This document shows positions 61,701 to 64,000 of a DNA stretch of 64,000 bases, piece after piece. The stretch is from Octopus vulgaris (lineage: Eukaryota), in contig OX597842.1 of assembly GCA_951406725.2 (NCBI GenBank), positions 8,308,001 through 8,372,000 on the forward strand, read 5' to 3'. Made by a program: the position numbers and the translations under genes. The number at the start of each line of letters is the position of its first letter. The first letter of the stretch is position 1. The notes under the pieces are model-generated. The model was not told where the DNA came from and did no database searches. It saw only the letters and a list, made by a program, of their open reading frames with translations.

Positions 61701-61757
<57 letters not shown>

Positions 61758-61881
61758 CATATATATGTATATATATATACATATATGTATATATTTGTTG
61801 AAATAGAAAGATAAATTTTCTTGTAACAGATTATTCAAAGGTTTAACCGATATCTGGGTAGCAAAAATCACAGCGGAAAAC

Positions 61882-61919
<38 letters not shown>

Positions 61920-61949
61920 GAAATTGAGGTATTATAATTTTGTATATAT

Positions 61950-61996
<47 letters not shown>

Positions 61997-62159
61997 TACG
62001 ACGGGCTTCTTTCAGTTTCCGTCTACCAAATCCACTCACAAGGATTTGGTCGGCCCGAGGCTACACTAGAAGACACTTACCCAAGGTGCCACGCAGTGGG
62101 ACTGAACCCGGAACCATGTGTGGTTCGTAAGCAAGCTATTTACCACAAAGCCACTCCTG

Positions 62160-62225
<66 letters not shown>

Positions 62226-62796
62226 ATATATTTATGTATATATGTATATATATGTATGCATGTATGCATGCATGTATGTATGTATATAGATAGCTAGCTA
62301 GATCGATAGATTTCAAAGATCTATAGCTGCTACATCTAGCTAACTACGAAGCCGGGTACAAACTCCACTGATAGGTGGCTGCTGCTGCTGTTGTGTAAGC
62401 ACACCAGCTGGGGTGAGCAAGTATCTGGAGGGTCGGGTGATTCACCCATTTACCTACATAACAGAAGAGGGCGGTGGGCGAGAGGAGGCACAGGTCAATA
62501 TGGATCACAGCAGCTGGAGCGGTTTCACGTTCGGTTTTATACGCAAGAAATAAATATTACATATATATATATATATATTCTTTTATTCTTTTATTTGTTT
62601 CAGTCATTTGACTATGGCCATACTGGAGCACTGCCTTTAGCCGAGCAAATCAATCCCAGGACTTATGCTTTGTAAGCCTAGTACTTATTCGATCGGCCGC
62701 TTATGCCGAACCGATAAGTTACGGTGACGTAAACACGCCAGCATCGGTTGTCAAGCGATGTTGGGGGGACAAACACAGACACACACACACATACAT

Positions 62797-62860
<64 letters not shown>

Positions 62861-63156
62861 TATATATATATATATATACATATATACGACGGGCTTCTAT
62901 CAGTTTCCATCACCCAAATCCACTCACAAGGCTTTGGTCGGCCCGAGGCTATAGGAGAAGGCACTTGCCCAAGGTGCCACGCAGTGGGACTGAATCTGGA
63001 ACCATGTAGTTGGTAAGCAAGCTACTTACCACACAGCCACTCTTACGCCTATATTCTTTTATTCTTTTATTTGTTTCAGTCAATTGATTGCGGCCATACT
63101 GGAGTACCGCCTTGAAGGGTTTTAGTATACATACATATATATATATGCATACACAC

Positions 63157-63206
<50 letters not shown>

Positions 63207-63215
63207 GTGTGTATG

Positions 63216-63266
<51 letters not shown>

Positions 63267-63510
63267 TATATGACATGCTTCCTTTATTTTTTTCTTTGCT
63301 TTTGTATCTGCTCAGTTATCAGACCACGACCGTGTAGGGGGCAACGCCTTGAATTCTTTTGGGTTTAATCAATCGCCCCCGGGACTTACTTCATGCTGTT
63401 TTCTTTTATATAAACATGGTTCATATTTTATCGATCTGTTTTGCAGAAACCGGTACGTTAGAGACGGAATGACAAAGACGCACACGTGGACACATTCTCA
63501 CACAGCCATT

Positions 63511-63548
<38 letters not shown>

Positions 63549-63560
63549 CTATGTCTCTCT

Positions 63561-63605
<45 letters not shown>

Positions 63606-63850
63606 TACACACATAGGTGTGTGTGACTATATCTACATATACTCTCTTTTACTTGTTTCAGTCATTTGACCGTGGCCATGCTGGAGCACCGCCTTTAGTC
63701 GAGCAAATCGACCCCAGGACTTATTCTTTGTAAGCCTAGTACATATTCTATCGGTCTCTTTTTGCCGAACCGCTAAGTTACGATGCTAACACCAGCATCG
63801 GTTGTTAAGCGATGTTGAAGGGAAACACAGACACACAAACATAAACACAC
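60948..63850. mobile_element. Cluster of family A SINEs: 60948-61380 (+), 61478-61676 (-), 61990-62160 (-), 62580-63050 (-), 63640-63850 (-)
   Basis: Matches to the family consensus. Confidence 0.85.
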
Positions 63851-63860
63851 ATACATACAA

Positions 63861-63973
<113 letters not shown>

Positions 63974-64000
63974 TGTGTATATATATATACACACACACGC

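Overview
AT-rich eukaryotic DNA, very dense in microsatellites and SINEs. The repeat landscape points to a cephalopod (octopus) genome; this is an inference. There is one 100-N gap at 616-715. The main gene is on the minus strand, with five phase-compatible coding exons: a ~6.1-kb giant exon (36560-30425), then 19661-19516, 14508-14212, 12949-12866 and 7876-7682. They join into a ~2285-aa acidic, low-complexity protein ending in a CaaX-type motif (LLCCTII*); I do not recognise the family. The top finding is a 110-bp, 106/110-identical inverted copy of part of coding exon 14212-14508, lying in an upstream intron (19728-19837). In the pre-mRNA it would form a long exon-intron duplex across a 3.5-kb (AAT/GAT)n array. 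One mismatch is an A:C pair at an Asn codon, so it is a candidate editing-complementary sequence for A-to-I recoding or a splicing switch. Also present: a TMEM161 pseudogene fragment split by a hAT MITE, Penelope-like remnants with inverted termini and hammerhead-ribozyme cores, R4/Dong-type LINE fragments in microsatellites, mariner and Helitron/Helentron-like remnants, and three tRNA-derived SINE families, one of which forms concatemers with a fixed junction. Repeat boundaries are approximate and family names come from motif recognition, not database searches.
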